NCBI GenBank assembly: GCA_965369865.1
Contig: CBDURU010000002.1
Coordinates: 32,001-96,000, forward strand
Source of the DNA: an uncultured bacterium
GTDB lineage: Bacteria > JAJVIF01 > JAPKYR01
Direction: 5' to 3'
DNA length: 64,000 nt
Of the stretch, positions 28,019 through 38,574 are shown in pieces. The notes under the pieces are model-generated. The model saw only the letters and a list, made by a program, of their open reading frames with translations. It searched no databases and was not told the DNA's origin. Positions within the stretch are counted from its first letter, which is position 1; each line of letters starts with the position of its first letter. A program made the translations under genes and the position numbers.

Positions 28019-29221
28019 TTACTCCGTTACGATGAAGCCGGGTCCACCGGGTCCACCGTCCAGAACATCGACACCTTCATCGTAAATTCCATTTCCGTTA
28101 ATATCCAAAAGGAGGTCGTACACACCTTCCTGGGCGAGAATCCAGGCGAGTATCAATCCTTCATTGACGCATCCTTCCTGAACCGGATCGAGTTCCACTC
28201 CACCCGTTATATCTTCGATGGTCATCCCATCTATCCAGATGTCTGTGTGAAACAGGATGTACTTAAGAACGTATAGACTGTTCAGGTCAAGTATGACACT
28301 CGGGTTGAGCCATATGTAAATCTTATCCCCGACCTTGAAGTTATTTGTGTAGGTATAGTCCCTGTGCGAAGCAAGTTGAGCGTAGATCGGACCACCAGTG
28401 TGTACATCCTGGACAACGATGCCGGTTGGCAACTGCCCGTCGACAGCATCCGTGCCTGAATTGAAAACACCGAATGGTTCGGCATCCAGGACAATATCGA
28501 ATTGATCCGTGACGCCGGGCAATATTTTTGTCGCGTAAGGGAGAAGCTGCGTTGGTTCGATCTCACCGCCGGCGTTTGAGGTTACCTCAATATATTCCTG
28601 AATCTCAGGGGGCCAAACAACCAACGGGCGGTCGTCCGACCAGCTTGATATTATATCTCCATCGTTCCAGGCGCGTTTGTCTATAACCGGCCAGATACGG
28701 TAATTAGCCCCGGATTTCAAGGCCCTTGCGGCAACAAATACGGGTTCACCAACAAGAACCGCGTTGGTGAGGTTACCATCGATATCACATCCCCATACTA
28801 TTGGGTCCGTTGGCGCAATCGGAATTGCGACCGTACGTTCAACTGTACCTTTCAACGATGTGAGACGAATTGTATATTCTCCCGATGAAAGCCTGCCATG
28901 ACCGGTATCGGGAAAGAATCCGACATCGTAAGCGATTATTACATCATCGATCCGGCCCTGGTTGTCCGCAGTCAGACGGGCCATACTAACCACTGAGCCA
29001 TCCTCCGCGATTGCCTCAATTAAAACCGGGAACTCATTGGTATTCAGGCCGGATGCAGAGAACGTGAGCGCCTCGCCCTGGTTAAGAACGCCGCCAAATC
29101 CAGTTGAAACCGAAAGGACAAGGGGACCTCCAGGATTTTCATCGGAGCTTCCGGAGCATCCGATGGCCAGGGCGAGAACACCCATCAGCAATAGAGAGAA
29201 AAAGATTGGGAAGCGATACAT
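28019..29221 (-). CDS. Hypothetical acidic lipoprotein
   Basis: AIGC lipobox; two similar modules (YRIWPVID...WNDGD / YILFHTDIWIDG; DIVLD...GVF / DLLLDINGNGIYD). Confidence 0.75.
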   Translation of the reverse strand: MYRFPIFFSLLLMGVLALAIGCSGSSDENPGGPLVLSVSTGFGGVLNQGEALTFSASGLNTNEFPVLIEAIAEDGSVVSMARLTADNQGRIDDVIIAYDVGFFPDTGHGRLSSGEYTIRLTSLKGTVERTVAIPIAPTDPIVWGCDIDGNLTNAVLVGEPVFVAARALKSGANYRIWPVIDKRAWNDGDIISSWSDDRPLVVWPPEIQEYIEVTSNAGGEIEPTQLLPYATKILPGVTDQFDIVLDAEPFGVFNSGTDAVDGQLPTGIVVQDVHTGGPIYAQLASHRDYTYTNNFKVGDKIYIWLNPSVILDLNSLYVLKYILFHTDIWIDGMTIEDITGGVELDPVQEGCVNEGLILAWILAQEGVYDLLLDINGNGIYDEGVDVLDGGPGGPGFIVTE

Positions 29222-29516
29222 TTTTCAAAATCACCTCTAAGTCAAGTACCTCTATTGTAACATCTTGTAGCTTTTTGTCAACTCTTGTGACTCGAAAAAA
29301 TCATGGGAAGTTCATTAAAACGGCAATAAATTTTCTGAATTTAATCAAATTCAACCGTCCCTGTCCTTCATCGGGAAGCCTGTATTATAAAGTCGGATAA
29401 TTCCGATAATTCTGCCATCCCTCTATACCATTGACAGAAAACCCCCCCTTGCTCATCACATTATGGTAAAATTCTGGTAATAATGGGATTTTTACCAGCA
29501 TACCGGAGGTTTTTTA

Positions 29517-31283
29517 ATGTCACAAAAGCTAGACGAATATCCCCCGGACTTATTAGATTCACGGTTTCCACTTACATCACTTGAAAAAAAGCTTCTTGAG
29601 AGTGGTGCCCTTGACCGTTCAACACTCAGGAAAATCCAGGTACAGGCAATGGAACGGGGTGTATTTGTGGAGGAAGAGATTCTCGACAGCGGCTTTGTCG
29701 AAGAGGAACCTGTACTGAAAATCGTTGCCAAGAGGCAGAACGTTCCGTACCTCATTCTCGATACAATAGAGCCGAACCCTGATGTGGTCACGCTGCTCGA
29801 GCAGGATTTCTGTGAGGAGCACAATGTATTTCCGATCCGTATTGAGGGTTCATACATGCACCTTGCGATGGCCGATCCGAAAAATATCAGGCTTAGAGAT
29901 GAGATCAGGGAAATCACGGGGAAATCCGCCAAGGGTTATCTCTCGAGCAAAGGAAGTATTAAGAAGAAAATATTTGAATACCGGCCGCATTTCCGCAAGA
30001 AAATCATCGAAATGCTTCTAAAATCAGTAGGAAAAGACCAGGGAATCCAACTCACCCGCGAGATGGGGATCGAAATTGAAGACCTGAAAAAACTTCCCGA
30101 ACAAACTGAAATTATCAGACTGGTCAATCTCCTGATTCTCCAGGCATTGCAGTTTCATGCATCGGATATCCACCTTATGCCGAGCGAGAAAGCGATGAAT
30201 GTTAGGTTCAGGGTGGACGGTGTGTTGCAGGAACTGGTCGACCCGATCACTTACGATAAAGCCGAGCAGGTAGTGAATCGAATAAAAATCCTGTGCGATT
30301 TAGATATTACCGAAAGAAGGATGCCTCAGGACGGTCATTTCAGGATTATTCTTGAGGGCCAGGATATCGACTTCCGTGTGGTTACCTCCCCGACAATTTT
30401 CGGGGAGAAAGCTGTTCTAAGGGTTCTGGACCGATCGACAACAGTGCTGGACATGCGTCATCTCGGGTTTGAAACAAACTTGATCCAAAAGTTCAGAAAG
30501 CACCTTTCCAAACCACACGGGATAATAACAATGACCGGCCCCACCGGCTCCGGAAAAACCACGACCCTGTACTCGGCACTCAAGATTTTAAACTCGAAGG
30601 AAAAAAATATTACAACGGTCGAGAACCCGATTGAGTACCGCATGAACGATATAACTCAGATCCAGGTTAACCCGGATATCGGATTAACTTTCGCCCACTG
30701 CCTGAGATCGATCCTCCGGCAGGACCCGGACATTATACTGATAGGTGAAATCCGGGATCTCGATACGACCGAGATCGCCATACGCGCATCGCTTACAGGG
30801 CACCTTGTATTCGCGACACTTCATACGAACAACGCGGGAGGGGCGATAACCAGGCTGCTTGATATGGGTGTTGAGCCGTACCTCCTAGCAAGCACTCTGA
30901 GATGTGTTCTGTCACAAAGGCTTGTAAGGACAATCTGCAAACAATGCAGGAACGAGTACATACCCGATGCTGCAATGCTGGACGAAATCAGGTTGAATCT
31001 CGATGACATGGCTAAATTCGGTGATGAGCCCATAAAACTTGCATATGGGAAAGGTTGCGGGCATTGCTTCCAAACCGGATTCTATGGACGTACCGCCATC
31101 GGTGAGCTGCTTGAGACCAATGATGAAATCCGCGATCTGATCGTAAATCGTGCGCATACGATTCATATCGAGGAAGCTGCGATCAGGAACGGGATGGTTT
31201 CTTTAAACAAGGACGGTTTGAGAAAGATACTCGCGAGAGTGACGACCTACGAGGAAGTGGCATCACAGACCGAGGTGGTATAA
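29517..31283 (+). CDS. Type II/IV secretion assembly ATPase (PilB/GspE)
   Basis: ASDIH, RFRVDG, PQDG, GPTGSGKTTT, LRQDPD, TGHLVFATLH, CxxC...CxxC, GRTAIGE. Confidence 0.93.
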   Translation: MSQKLDEYPPDLLDSRFPLTSLEKKLLESGALDRSTLRKIQVQAMERGVFVEEEILDSGFVEEEPVLKIVAKRQNVPYLILDTIEPNPDVVTLLEQDFCEEHNVFPIRIEGSYMHLAMADPKNIRLRDEIREITGKSAKGYLSSKGSIKKKIFEYRPHFRKKIIEMLLKSVGKDQGIQLTREMGIEIEDLKKLPEQTEIIRLVNLLILQALQFHASDIHLMPSEKAMNVRFRVDGVLQELVDPITYDKAEQVVNRIKILCDLDITERRMPQDGHFRIILEGQDIDFRVVTSPTIFGEKAVLRVLDRSTTVLDMRHLGFETNLIQKFRKHLSKPHGIITMTGPTGSGKTTTLYSALKILNSKEKNITTVENPIEYRMNDITQIQVNPDIGLTFAHCLRSILRQDPDIILIGEIRDLDTTEIAIRASLTGHLVFATLHTNNAGGAITRLLDMGVEPYLLASTLRCVLSQRLVRTICKQCRNEYIPDAAMLDEIRLNLDDMAKFGDEPIKLAYGKGCGHCFQTGFYGRTAIGELLETNDEIRDLIVNRAHTIHIEEAAIRNGMVSLNKDGLRKILARVTTYEEVASQTEVV

Positions 31284-31471
31284 ATACTCGTTATATGGTC
31301 AAACATATTGGCCGTTTTGGCCTTAAAAGACAGGATTTACCAACCTTGGTAAATTTTAATACCCGTGACATATCTTTTCCTGCTTCCAGCACCCCACTTA
31401 ATTTACGATATTAAGTCGGTTAATTATTATGATTATTCCGACCTGAAATTTTTTCATGGCGGCATTAAACC

Positions 31472-32518
31472 ATGCGTGTACCAAGATTCAGACAATATGC
31501 AAACCTGACGCAAACGGCTTCGAAGGGGCCCAGCCAGGTATGGCCAGTTGTCAAGAAAATATTCATTTTATTTATCGCCATCGTGATGCTCGCGGGGTCC
31601 GGATGGGTGCTGATGAGGATCATCCCGAAGAGGAACTCTATCCAGGGTGAATACACACCGCCGTTATCCCGGACCGACATCGTCGAGTGCTCCCAGGCGC
31701 GATGGATTCTCCAGGACACACATTCGGAACAGCTTGGGGTCTACCTCGGGTGGTACTATCGCAAATTCCTTATGGTGGCCAAAAGCCCTGATGAACTCGA
31801 TCAGTCAGGTTTCCGACCCTTCATATTCAACGATGAAGCTGGTGAGGAAGTAAAAATTCTCCCAAGTGGAGATGATTTCGAAGCAAACAACGACCTGTTT
31901 CTGTTTATGCTGATTCCTCCCGAAGGCACGACCGGTGGTTTCATTTCCAAGAGAACCCTGGAACAGTCAAATTTTGCGGGACAGGTCTCACATGAAGTCA
32001 GCAACGAAACTGTTTATGTAAATTCCGAGGATAAAACATCAATTCATGCCCAGTTCCTTCCTCAAACTCCGGAATTCCAGGAAGAATATATCTGCTTTCT
32101 CGCCCAGGCGTGGGAGTACGCAGTGTCGGGGTATGTAGCGCTCTATCAGCATCCACCTGAAAACCTGGACGACCTCCTTGACGGGATCGGTCTCGAGGCA
32201 AATCCCGATTGTGAGTGGCCCTTCGGAGCACGTGAAAGAATTCGTGCAAAGGTCGAAGGAGGGATTATCAATGGGAAGATCATTTACTGGCAGTTAACAC
32301 TAATGGACGGATCAAGGTATGGTCAGGCCAGGTACTGGGACCATTACACGATTTACGATGATCCGGATACACCGGTAAATATCATTACCGATCATAATAA
32401 CTCACCGGTTGTCGATCCCTCAGAAATTCGCGGGACGCGCCAGGTAATGTTTAACCTGGACATAATGAAAAACCTCCTTGAAGAGGCCCGGGCCGCAGAA
32501 ATTCAGGGCACGGGATAG
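31472..32518 (+). CDS. Membrane-anchored hypothetical protein with pseudopilin-like motifs
   Basis: One TM; 'YVALYQHPPENLDDLL'; similar to 54185-55159. Confidence 0.6.
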   Translation: MRVPRFRQYANLTQTASKGPSQVWPVVKKIFILFIAIVMLAGSGWVLMRIIPKRNSIQGEYTPPLSRTDIVECSQARWILQDTHSEQLGVYLGWYYRKFLMVAKSPDELDQSGFRPFIFNDEAGEEVKILPSGDDFEANNDLFLFMLIPPEGTTGGFISKRTLEQSNFAGQVSHEVSNETVYVNSEDKTSIHAQFLPQTPEFQEEYICFLAQAWEYAVSGYVALYQHPPENLDDLLDGIGLEANPDCEWPFGARERIRAKVEGGIINGKIIYWQLTLMDGSRYGQARYWDHYTIYDDPDTPVNIITDHNNSPVVDPSEIRGTRQVMFNLDIMKNLLEEARAAEIQGTG

Positions 32519-32600
32519 ATTCGGGCAATCAAGTTCAAATTTTTTTTGTTATACTGCACAGGTCAACTCCCCCCCTTGATGGTCGGGAATTTTAAATTTT

Positions 32601-33080
32601 ATGGATGAACGCGTTCGAAAAGCAATTTTCCCTCACCGGCTTACTGCAGGCCTGGGTATGGTGCTGCTTGCAATCGTATGGGCTTTCGGGTGGATCGTTG
32701 CTCCAACAAATATTTTTAATGAATCTGATTCAACACTGAAGCTGCTCCTGACAACTGTTGTACTCGGGTCCTGGAACCTGCTCTGTTGTGTGATCGCCGC
32801 CGGGTTTTTCCATGCAGCGAGTGTGAACCAGGCAAAAACTTTCATGAAATATCGAACAGTAAGTCTAATGCTGCTGATCCTTGGAACCCTTGTCCTCTTT
32901 CCAGTGCCAATGATGTCCCAGGTTCTTGGAGATGGCGCCATCGGACGGGCAATGGCACTTCTGATTACGGGGATGTCATTTGCCGCGATCGCGTTCGGGA
33001 GAGCGCGGATAAATGCCATTTGCACTCGACTGATGGAATTCACTGAAAGCGATGAAGGCGCGAGTTTGATTCCTTTCTAA
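32601..33080 (+). CDS. 4-TM hypothetical protein
   Basis: Four hydrophobic segments. Confidence 0.65.
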   Translation: MDERVRKAIFPHRLTAGLGMVLLAIVWAFGWIVAPTNIFNESDSTLKLLLTTVVLGSWNLLCCVIAAGFFHAASVNQAKTFMKYRTVSLMLLILGTLVLFPVPMMSQVLGDGAIGRAMALLITGMSFAAIAFGRARINAICTRLMEFTESDEGASLIPF

Positions 33081-33258
33081 TACTCAGGCCAATCTTATTA
33101 ATTGGAAAATTTATTGGGTATATCGACTCCCACCTCTCAGGGCGAGTTAATCAGTGCCCGTCCTTTCTGAATAATTTCGGTTGTATCTATTGCAGTTTGG
33201 TGCAGGCTTAGTTACAATTTCTCGTTTGGCGCTCCATTTTCGGAGCGGAAGGTATGCT

Positions 33259-33969
33259 ATGGATATTTTAAAACTTGCGGCAGCACAAAGAGAAGAAACC
33301 GGGACCCGTCTATCCCGTAAACTCAGAGAGAATGGGTTTATCCCGGCCAGCCTTTACGCTGGTGGTGAGCAGCCTACACTACTCAAACTGGAAGCTAACA
33401 AGTGGGCGCGACACCTTACGGACCAGTTGAACCTGGTCAACATCGAAATCACGGGAGCCGGGAACCAGATGGCGGCAGTTCGTGAAATACAGCGTGATCC
33501 GTTATCCCAGGCTGTTATTCATGTTGATTTTTTCAAGATTACAATGGATCAGGTCACCGAATTTAATGTACGCCTTACGTTCGAAGGCTCTCCAGTAGGT
33601 GTTAGTGAAGGCGGTGTAACTACTGTTGCGTCAGACTTCGTGGCAATCGAATGTCTTCCAACGGATGTTCCGGACACCATCAGCGTGGATATTTCGGAAC
33701 TGGAAATCGGTCAAAGCATAAATGCCGGTGGTATAAAGTTACCTGAAGGCTTAAAACTTATTTCCGATCCTGGTATGACAATCGTCAGTATCACTACTAT
33801 CCGGGTGGTTGAAGAAGAGAAGCCGGAAGAAGAAGTTGTTGAAGGTGAAGAGGTTGAGGTTGCTGAAGGCGAGGAAAAACCTGCCGAAGGTGATGAAAAA
33901 GCTCCTGAAGGTGATGACAAGAAACCATGGGAAAAAAAGGGCTTTAAGCATTCCGGCAGTAAAAATTGA
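33259..33969 (+). CDS. rplY: 50S ribosomal protein L25/Ctc
   Basis: SRKLRENGFIPASLY, REIQRDP....IHVDF, GVSEGG, acidic tail; start MDIL at 33259. Confidence 0.93.
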   Translation: MDILKLAAAQREETGTRLSRKLRENGFIPASLYAGGEQPTLLKLEANKWARHLTDQLNLVNIEITGAGNQMAAVREIQRDPLSQAVIHVDFFKITMDQVTEFNVRLTFEGSPVGVSEGGVTTVASDFVAIECLPTDVPDTISVDISELEIGQSINAGGIKLPEGLKLISDPGMTIVSITTIRVVEEEKPEEEVVEGEEVEVAEGEEKPAEGDEKAPEGDDKKPWEKKGFKHSGSKN

Positions 33970-34144
33970 TATTCCACTCGTGTCGCGTATGTGACGAGAG
34001 TATAAATGACCAATCACTCGCGATCTCGAACGAGCTGGAGGTCATTACGGCGGAGTTATCAGTCCATACAAATTTACCCCCCCGGTTACAAAAGTCCGGG
34101 GTGTTTGAGGTTTTAGCGGAGTAAACACGTAAAAAATTCTAATA

Positions 34145-34273
34145 CCAATCTTAGATTCAGGGACGCCATTCCATGCTTCCAGCGTTGAAGGTGTCCCGTG
34201 TAACTAAGAATTCATGGGGACACTTTCAACGCTGGAAGCATGGAAAAGCGTCCCCATGAATTCAAAGCGTCTG
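34145..34273. repeat. Second (inverted) copy of the 129-bp palindromic element
   Basis: Reverse complement of 19887-20015; ends immediately before the ATG at 34274. Confidence 0.9.
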
Positions 34274-34966
34274 ATGCAAGAGCCATTATCAAATATTGAA
34301 CCGGAGAAAATCGACAGGATCATTGTCGGACTTGGAAACCCCGGCCAGGAATACCATGGGACACGCCATAATCTGGGCTATCGTGCCCTGGACGAATTTC
34401 TTCGTACGCTCGAAATTAAAAGGGACTTCAAAGCGGGGAGGAAATCAAGGACCCAGCGCATCGAGGTTGGCGGGAGTAATGTTCTTCTCGTGCGTCCAAC
34501 AACATTTATGAACCGTTCCGGCGACGCGTTAAAACCACTTCTGCAAAATTATGAACTTGAAGTATCCGATGTGCTCGTAGTTCACGACGATATGGATATC
34601 TCCTGCGGTAAAGCAAAAATGAGACAGGGTGGCGGTGCTGCCGGGCACAAGGGAATAATCGACATATCCGAAAAATGCGGAGCAGGTTTCACGCGGATTA
34701 AGATCGGGATCGGCGTACCGGAAGCTCGCGATAATGATTCAGATATTGACTGGGTCCTCGGAAAGCCAACAAAAGAAGAATGGGAGTCGCTCGAATCGGT
34801 GATGCCGGGAGTCGCGGAAGCCATGCGGATATGGATCGTGGACGGCACCGTTAAGGCAATGACCTGGCTCAATACTGTTATGAACGCGGAAGGTAAGGAA
34901 GAAAATACAGATAAGGAAAATGATGTGCCCGATTCAGTAAACGAATCAGAGTCTGATGAGCGGTAA
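34274..34966 (+). CDS. pth: Peptidyl-tRNA hydrolase
   Basis: IVGLGNPG..Y..TRHNLG, PTTFMNRSG, VVHDDMD, GGAAGHKG, RIKIGIG. Confidence 0.93.
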   Translation: MQEPLSNIEPEKIDRIIVGLGNPGQEYHGTRHNLGYRALDEFLRTLEIKRDFKAGRKSRTQRIEVGGSNVLLVRPTTFMNRSGDALKPLLQNYELEVSDVLVVHDDMDISCGKAKMRQGGGAAGHKGIIDISEKCGAGFTRIKIGIGVPEARDNDSDIDWVLGKPTKEEWESLESVMPGVAEAMRIWIVDGTVKAMTWLNTVMNAEGKEENTDKENDVPDSVNESESDER

Positions 34967-37900
34967 ATCAAAAGGATTAATGGACGCCCTTACCGGGCAC
35001 AGTGAGGTTGCCCGACTGCTTGAGTCTGTCGGACGCGGGGATGACTGTGTTTATGCAAAAGGACTTCGAGGCGCTTTAAAGGGAATCCTTGCGGTTCTAG
35101 CTCATGTCGAACGCAGGAATTCACCCACGCTTGTGGTTGCCCCGGATCCCGTAAGCGCGAGGGATATTTTCCAGGACACGTCGTTCATACTCGACCATCT
35201 CGAGCGTGAGTCAAGTGAGGAAGTGTTCCTTTTCGAAGACCTGAATCTTCTCGCACAGGATTTTCTTACCCTTGGAGAACTGGAGGTCATTTTCTACCGA
35301 TACAGCGTGCTCGAGAAGTTGATAATCGGCGACCCGGTGCTGGTAATCGCCAGCCGGTCGTCGCTTGGAGTTCCACTGGTGGCGCCGGCACGTTATCGGG
35401 AGAAAATGATCGCGCTGAAACGCGGCGATTCGATCGAGGATAAGAACCTGCTTTTAAGGGCTTTATTCGATATCGGATACCGGCTTGTGAGCAGGGTACG
35501 GGAAGTCGGACAGGTCGCGGGCCGTGGCGGAATCATCGATATTTACCCGCCCGGGCGAAAACGCCCGGTGCGTATCGATCTTTTCGGAGATGAGGTCGAC
35601 AGCCTTCGGGAATTTGACCCGGAAACGCAAAGATCGCTTGGCGAAGTGACCGATCTTCGGATCAGCCCTTGTTTCGAAGCTGAGCTATTAAGGGAGCAGG
35701 ACCCGGAGGAATTGTTCGATGTGGAAGGCAACCTCCGGGATCCGAGCCGGTTTTTTGATGATCCCGTAAAATTCCGGGAATTTTCATCTGAGGAGAAGGA
35801 TGAATTCCTCGCACGCGGATATTCGTATTTCGATAAGGCGGGTATCTGGGATTACCTTCCCAGGAATTCATTAGTTGTGGTGGACGCCCCGTCGCGGACA
35901 CTTTCGAGGGATACGGCAATGGTTCTCCCGAAAGGGAAAGCGGGAGACGGTGTGCAATTAACAGAGCATGAGGGCCTCGTTCACTCGGTCGATGATATCT
36001 CCCGGGGATTAAGCATATTTCAGCATCTCGAATTCCTCTCTGCAACCTGCATCATTCCTCCAACGGATGGAAAAATACCGGATTTGAAATCGAGGATCGT
36101 CGGCAAGGCTCCGGGAAGCTTCGAAAGGCGTATCGAGCAATACCTTGAAACCCACGGCCAGAGTGATGAGAGTAAGGATTCCGAAAACCCGATGGTGATC
36201 GTGTCACGGTCCAGCGAACGGATCAGGGAAATGTTCGGTTCCGACTGGCCGGGTGTGATAATTCTTCACGGCGAATTATCCGAAGGGTTCGATTTAACTC
36301 CCGGCGGGCCGGTCGTACTCAGCGACGCGGAGCTGTTCCCGGCACGGAAACGCGGACTAGCAAGGGCGCGGGGTAAGGCAAGAGCATTCACCCGGGAGGA
36401 ACTCAGGGACGTCCGCCTTGGTGACTATATCGTACACGTACACCACGGGATCGGGGTTTTCAAGGGAATTGTCCAGCAGAAAGGTCCGGATGGAAGTGTC
36501 CTCGATTATATTCTTCTCGAATACGCCCAGAACGACAGGCTGTATGTGCCGGTCGAGCAGATAGACCAGCTTTACCGTTATACATCCGGGGAGGGTGCGG
36601 CCCCGGTGATCAACCGGCTTGGGACATCCGACTGGGATCGCCTGAAACGTCGTGTCAAAAAAACCATGGTCAGGATGGCCAAAGACCTGCTCAAGCTGTA
36701 CCGATCGAGAATGGAGGTCACCGGCCATAAATTCCAGCCGGATACGGTCTGGCAGATGGAGGTCGAGGACCGTTTCGAATTCCAGGAAACACCGGGACAG
36801 CTCAGAAGCCTCGATGAGTTAAAGAAGGACATGGAATCCGTAAAACCCATGGACCGTCTGATTTGCGCGGAGGTTGGTTACGGGAAAACAGAACTTGCCG
36901 TACGGGCAGCATTGAAGTGTGTACTTGACGGCATGCAGGCAGCGGTTCTTGTGCCGACAACAATTCTCGCGCAGCAGCATTACATGACTTTCCAGCACCG
37001 GTTAAAGGACCTTCCCGTTGGAATCGGGATTCTTTCAAGGTTTAAATCCAAAAAGGAACAGAAAGAAACCCTCAGGGATCTCAAGGCCGGGAAAATCGAT
37101 ATACTCATTGGCACGCACCGTATACTGTCAAAGGATGTCGAGTTCCGCAATATCGGACTCCTGATCGTCGATGAGGAACAGAAATTCGGCGTCCGGCACA
37201 AGGAGAAAATAAAATTCCTGAAAAACACAATAGATGTTCTCACGCTGACCGCTACACCGATACCTCGAACGTTATATATGTCACTGGTCGGGCTGAGAGA
37301 TATCAGCATAATCGACACGCCCCCACCCGACCGTCTTCCTATCAGGACATACGTCAAAAGATGGACACCGCCACTGGTCAAGAATGCAATCCAGGCTGAG
37401 GTTGCCAGGGGTGGCCAGGTTTATTACCTATACAACAAAGTTGAAAATATCCATGCGGTGGCAGACCGCCTGAAAAGGCTTGTTCCCGAGGTGAAAATTG
37501 CTGTCGGACATGGCCAGATGGCAGAAACCCAACTTGAGAAAGTAATGATCGAATTTATGAGCGGCGAGCACGATGTCCTGATATGTACAACAATTATTGA
37601 AAACGGGCTTGATATCCCGCGGGTAAACACGTTGATAGTCGAGGACGCCCAGAACTTCGGGCTCGCCCAGCTTCACCAGATCAGGGGACGTGTCGGGCGG
37701 CGCGGAATTCAGGCGTATGCTTATTTCCTGTTCCCGATCGGGAAACCACTTTCGGGCATCCAGGCAAGGCGTCTTGAAGCGCTCGCGGATTTCAGCCATC
37801 TCGGCGCCGGTTATGAAATTGCCAGGCGCGACCTCGAACTCAGGGGTGCGGGAAATATTCTCGGACCTGAACAGCACGGATTTGTCAGTCAACTGGGATT

Positions 37901-38465
37901 TGATTTATATTCCAAGGTTCTCTCGGAAACAATTTCCGAGGCAAAGGATGGAGACATCGATTTCGACCATATCGGCACATCGGGCCATGTCGATTGTGTG
38001 CTGAGGCTTCCGGTGGACGCCCGTATCCCGGAAAGTTATCTCCTCGATCAGACTGAAAGGTTCGCGCTGTACAGACGTCTTGCGATTCTCAAGTCACCGG
38101 AAGAACTTGATTCCATCAGGGATGAAATGCGCGATCGATTCGGGAAACTCCCCATGGAAGCTGTGAATTTACTGGAGGTTTTGCGTTTAAGGCAAAAGGC
38201 GATGGGATTCGGGATTGAGTCAATCTCGCTAAACACTGTAACCGATTTCATCGAGGTGCAATTCCATCATACGATGGCGCGTGACGTCAGGTGGAAGAGG
38301 ATAGGCGACATGGTCATGCGTGCCCGGCTGAGGCCGCAGCCAAGGGGATTCCTGGTCCCGACATCGGGTGTGCCCGAAAAAGTGATGAGCCAGGTGAGGC
38401 ATATCCTGAACGAACTTGAGAAAGCATGTAAACCAATTGCCAAGCCAATCAAGGGCGCTGTTTAA
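34956..38465 (+). CDS. mfd: Transcription-repair coupling factor
   Basis: RGGIIDIYP, CarD-like domain, MDRLICAEVGYGKT, DEEQKFG, TATPIPRT, QIRGRVGR, TRCF domain. Confidence 0.95.
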   Translation: MSGKSKGLMDALTGHSEVARLLESVGRGDDCVYAKGLRGALKGILAVLAHVERRNSPTLVVAPDPVSARDIFQDTSFILDHLERESSEEVFLFEDLNLLAQDFLTLGELEVIFYRYSVLEKLIIGDPVLVIASRSSLGVPLVAPARYREKMIALKRGDSIEDKNLLLRALFDIGYRLVSRVREVGQVAGRGGIIDIYPPGRKRPVRIDLFGDEVDSLREFDPETQRSLGEVTDLRISPCFEAELLREQDPEELFDVEGNLRDPSRFFDDPVKFREFSSEEKDEFLARGYSYFDKAGIWDYLPRNSLVVVDAPSRTLSRDTAMVLPKGKAGDGVQLTEHEGLVHSVDDISRGLSIFQHLEFLSATCIIPPTDGKIPDLKSRIVGKAPGSFERRIEQYLETHGQSDESKDSENPMVIVSRSSERIREMFGSDWPGVIILHGELSEGFDLTPGGPVVLSDAELFPARKRGLARARGKARAFTREELRDVRLGDYIVHVHHGIGVFKGIVQQKGPDGSVLDYILLEYAQNDRLYVPVEQIDQLYRYTSGEGAAPVINRLGTSDWDRLKRRVKKTMVRMAKDLLKLYRSRMEVTGHKFQPDTVWQMEVEDRFEFQETPGQLRSLDELKKDMESVKPMDRLICAEVGYGKTELAVRAALKCVLDGMQAAVLVPTTILAQQHYMTFQHRLKDLPVGIGILSRFKSKKEQKETLRDLKAGKIDILIGTHRILSKDVEFRNIGLLIVDEEQKFGVRHKEKIKFLKNTIDVLTLTATPIPRTLYMSLVGLRDISIIDTPPPDRLPIRTYVKRWTPPLVKNAIQAEVARGGQVYYLYNKVENIHAVADRLKRLVPEVKIAVGHGQMAETQLEKVMIEFMSGEHDVLICTTIIENGLDIPRVNTLIVEDAQNFGLAQLHQIRGRVGRRGIQAYAYFLFPIGKPLSGIQARRLEALADFSHLGAGYEIARRDLELRGAGNILGPEQHGFVSQLGFDLYSKVLSETISEAKDGDIDFDHIGTSGHVDCVLRLPVDARIPESYLLDQTERFALYRRLAILKSPEELDSIRDEMRDRFGKLPMEAVNLLEVLRLRQKAMGFGIESISLNTVTDFIEVQFHHTMARDVRWKRIGDMVMRARLRPQPRGFLVPTSGVPEKVMSQVRHILNELEKACKPIAKPIKGAV

Positions 38466-38574
38466 AACGGTTAGCGAATGATGGTTTAGAAAACACCTGA
38501 AGTCCTGTATGATACTCTGATTGCCCGGATGGGCTTGTATAAAAACCAACTCAATGGAAAGAAAGGTAAATAAA

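Noticed and set aside
19887..34273. DGR template/variable repeat pair
   Set aside because: Mismatches are not adenine-specific, neither copy sits at a gene 3' end, and there is no reverse transcriptase.
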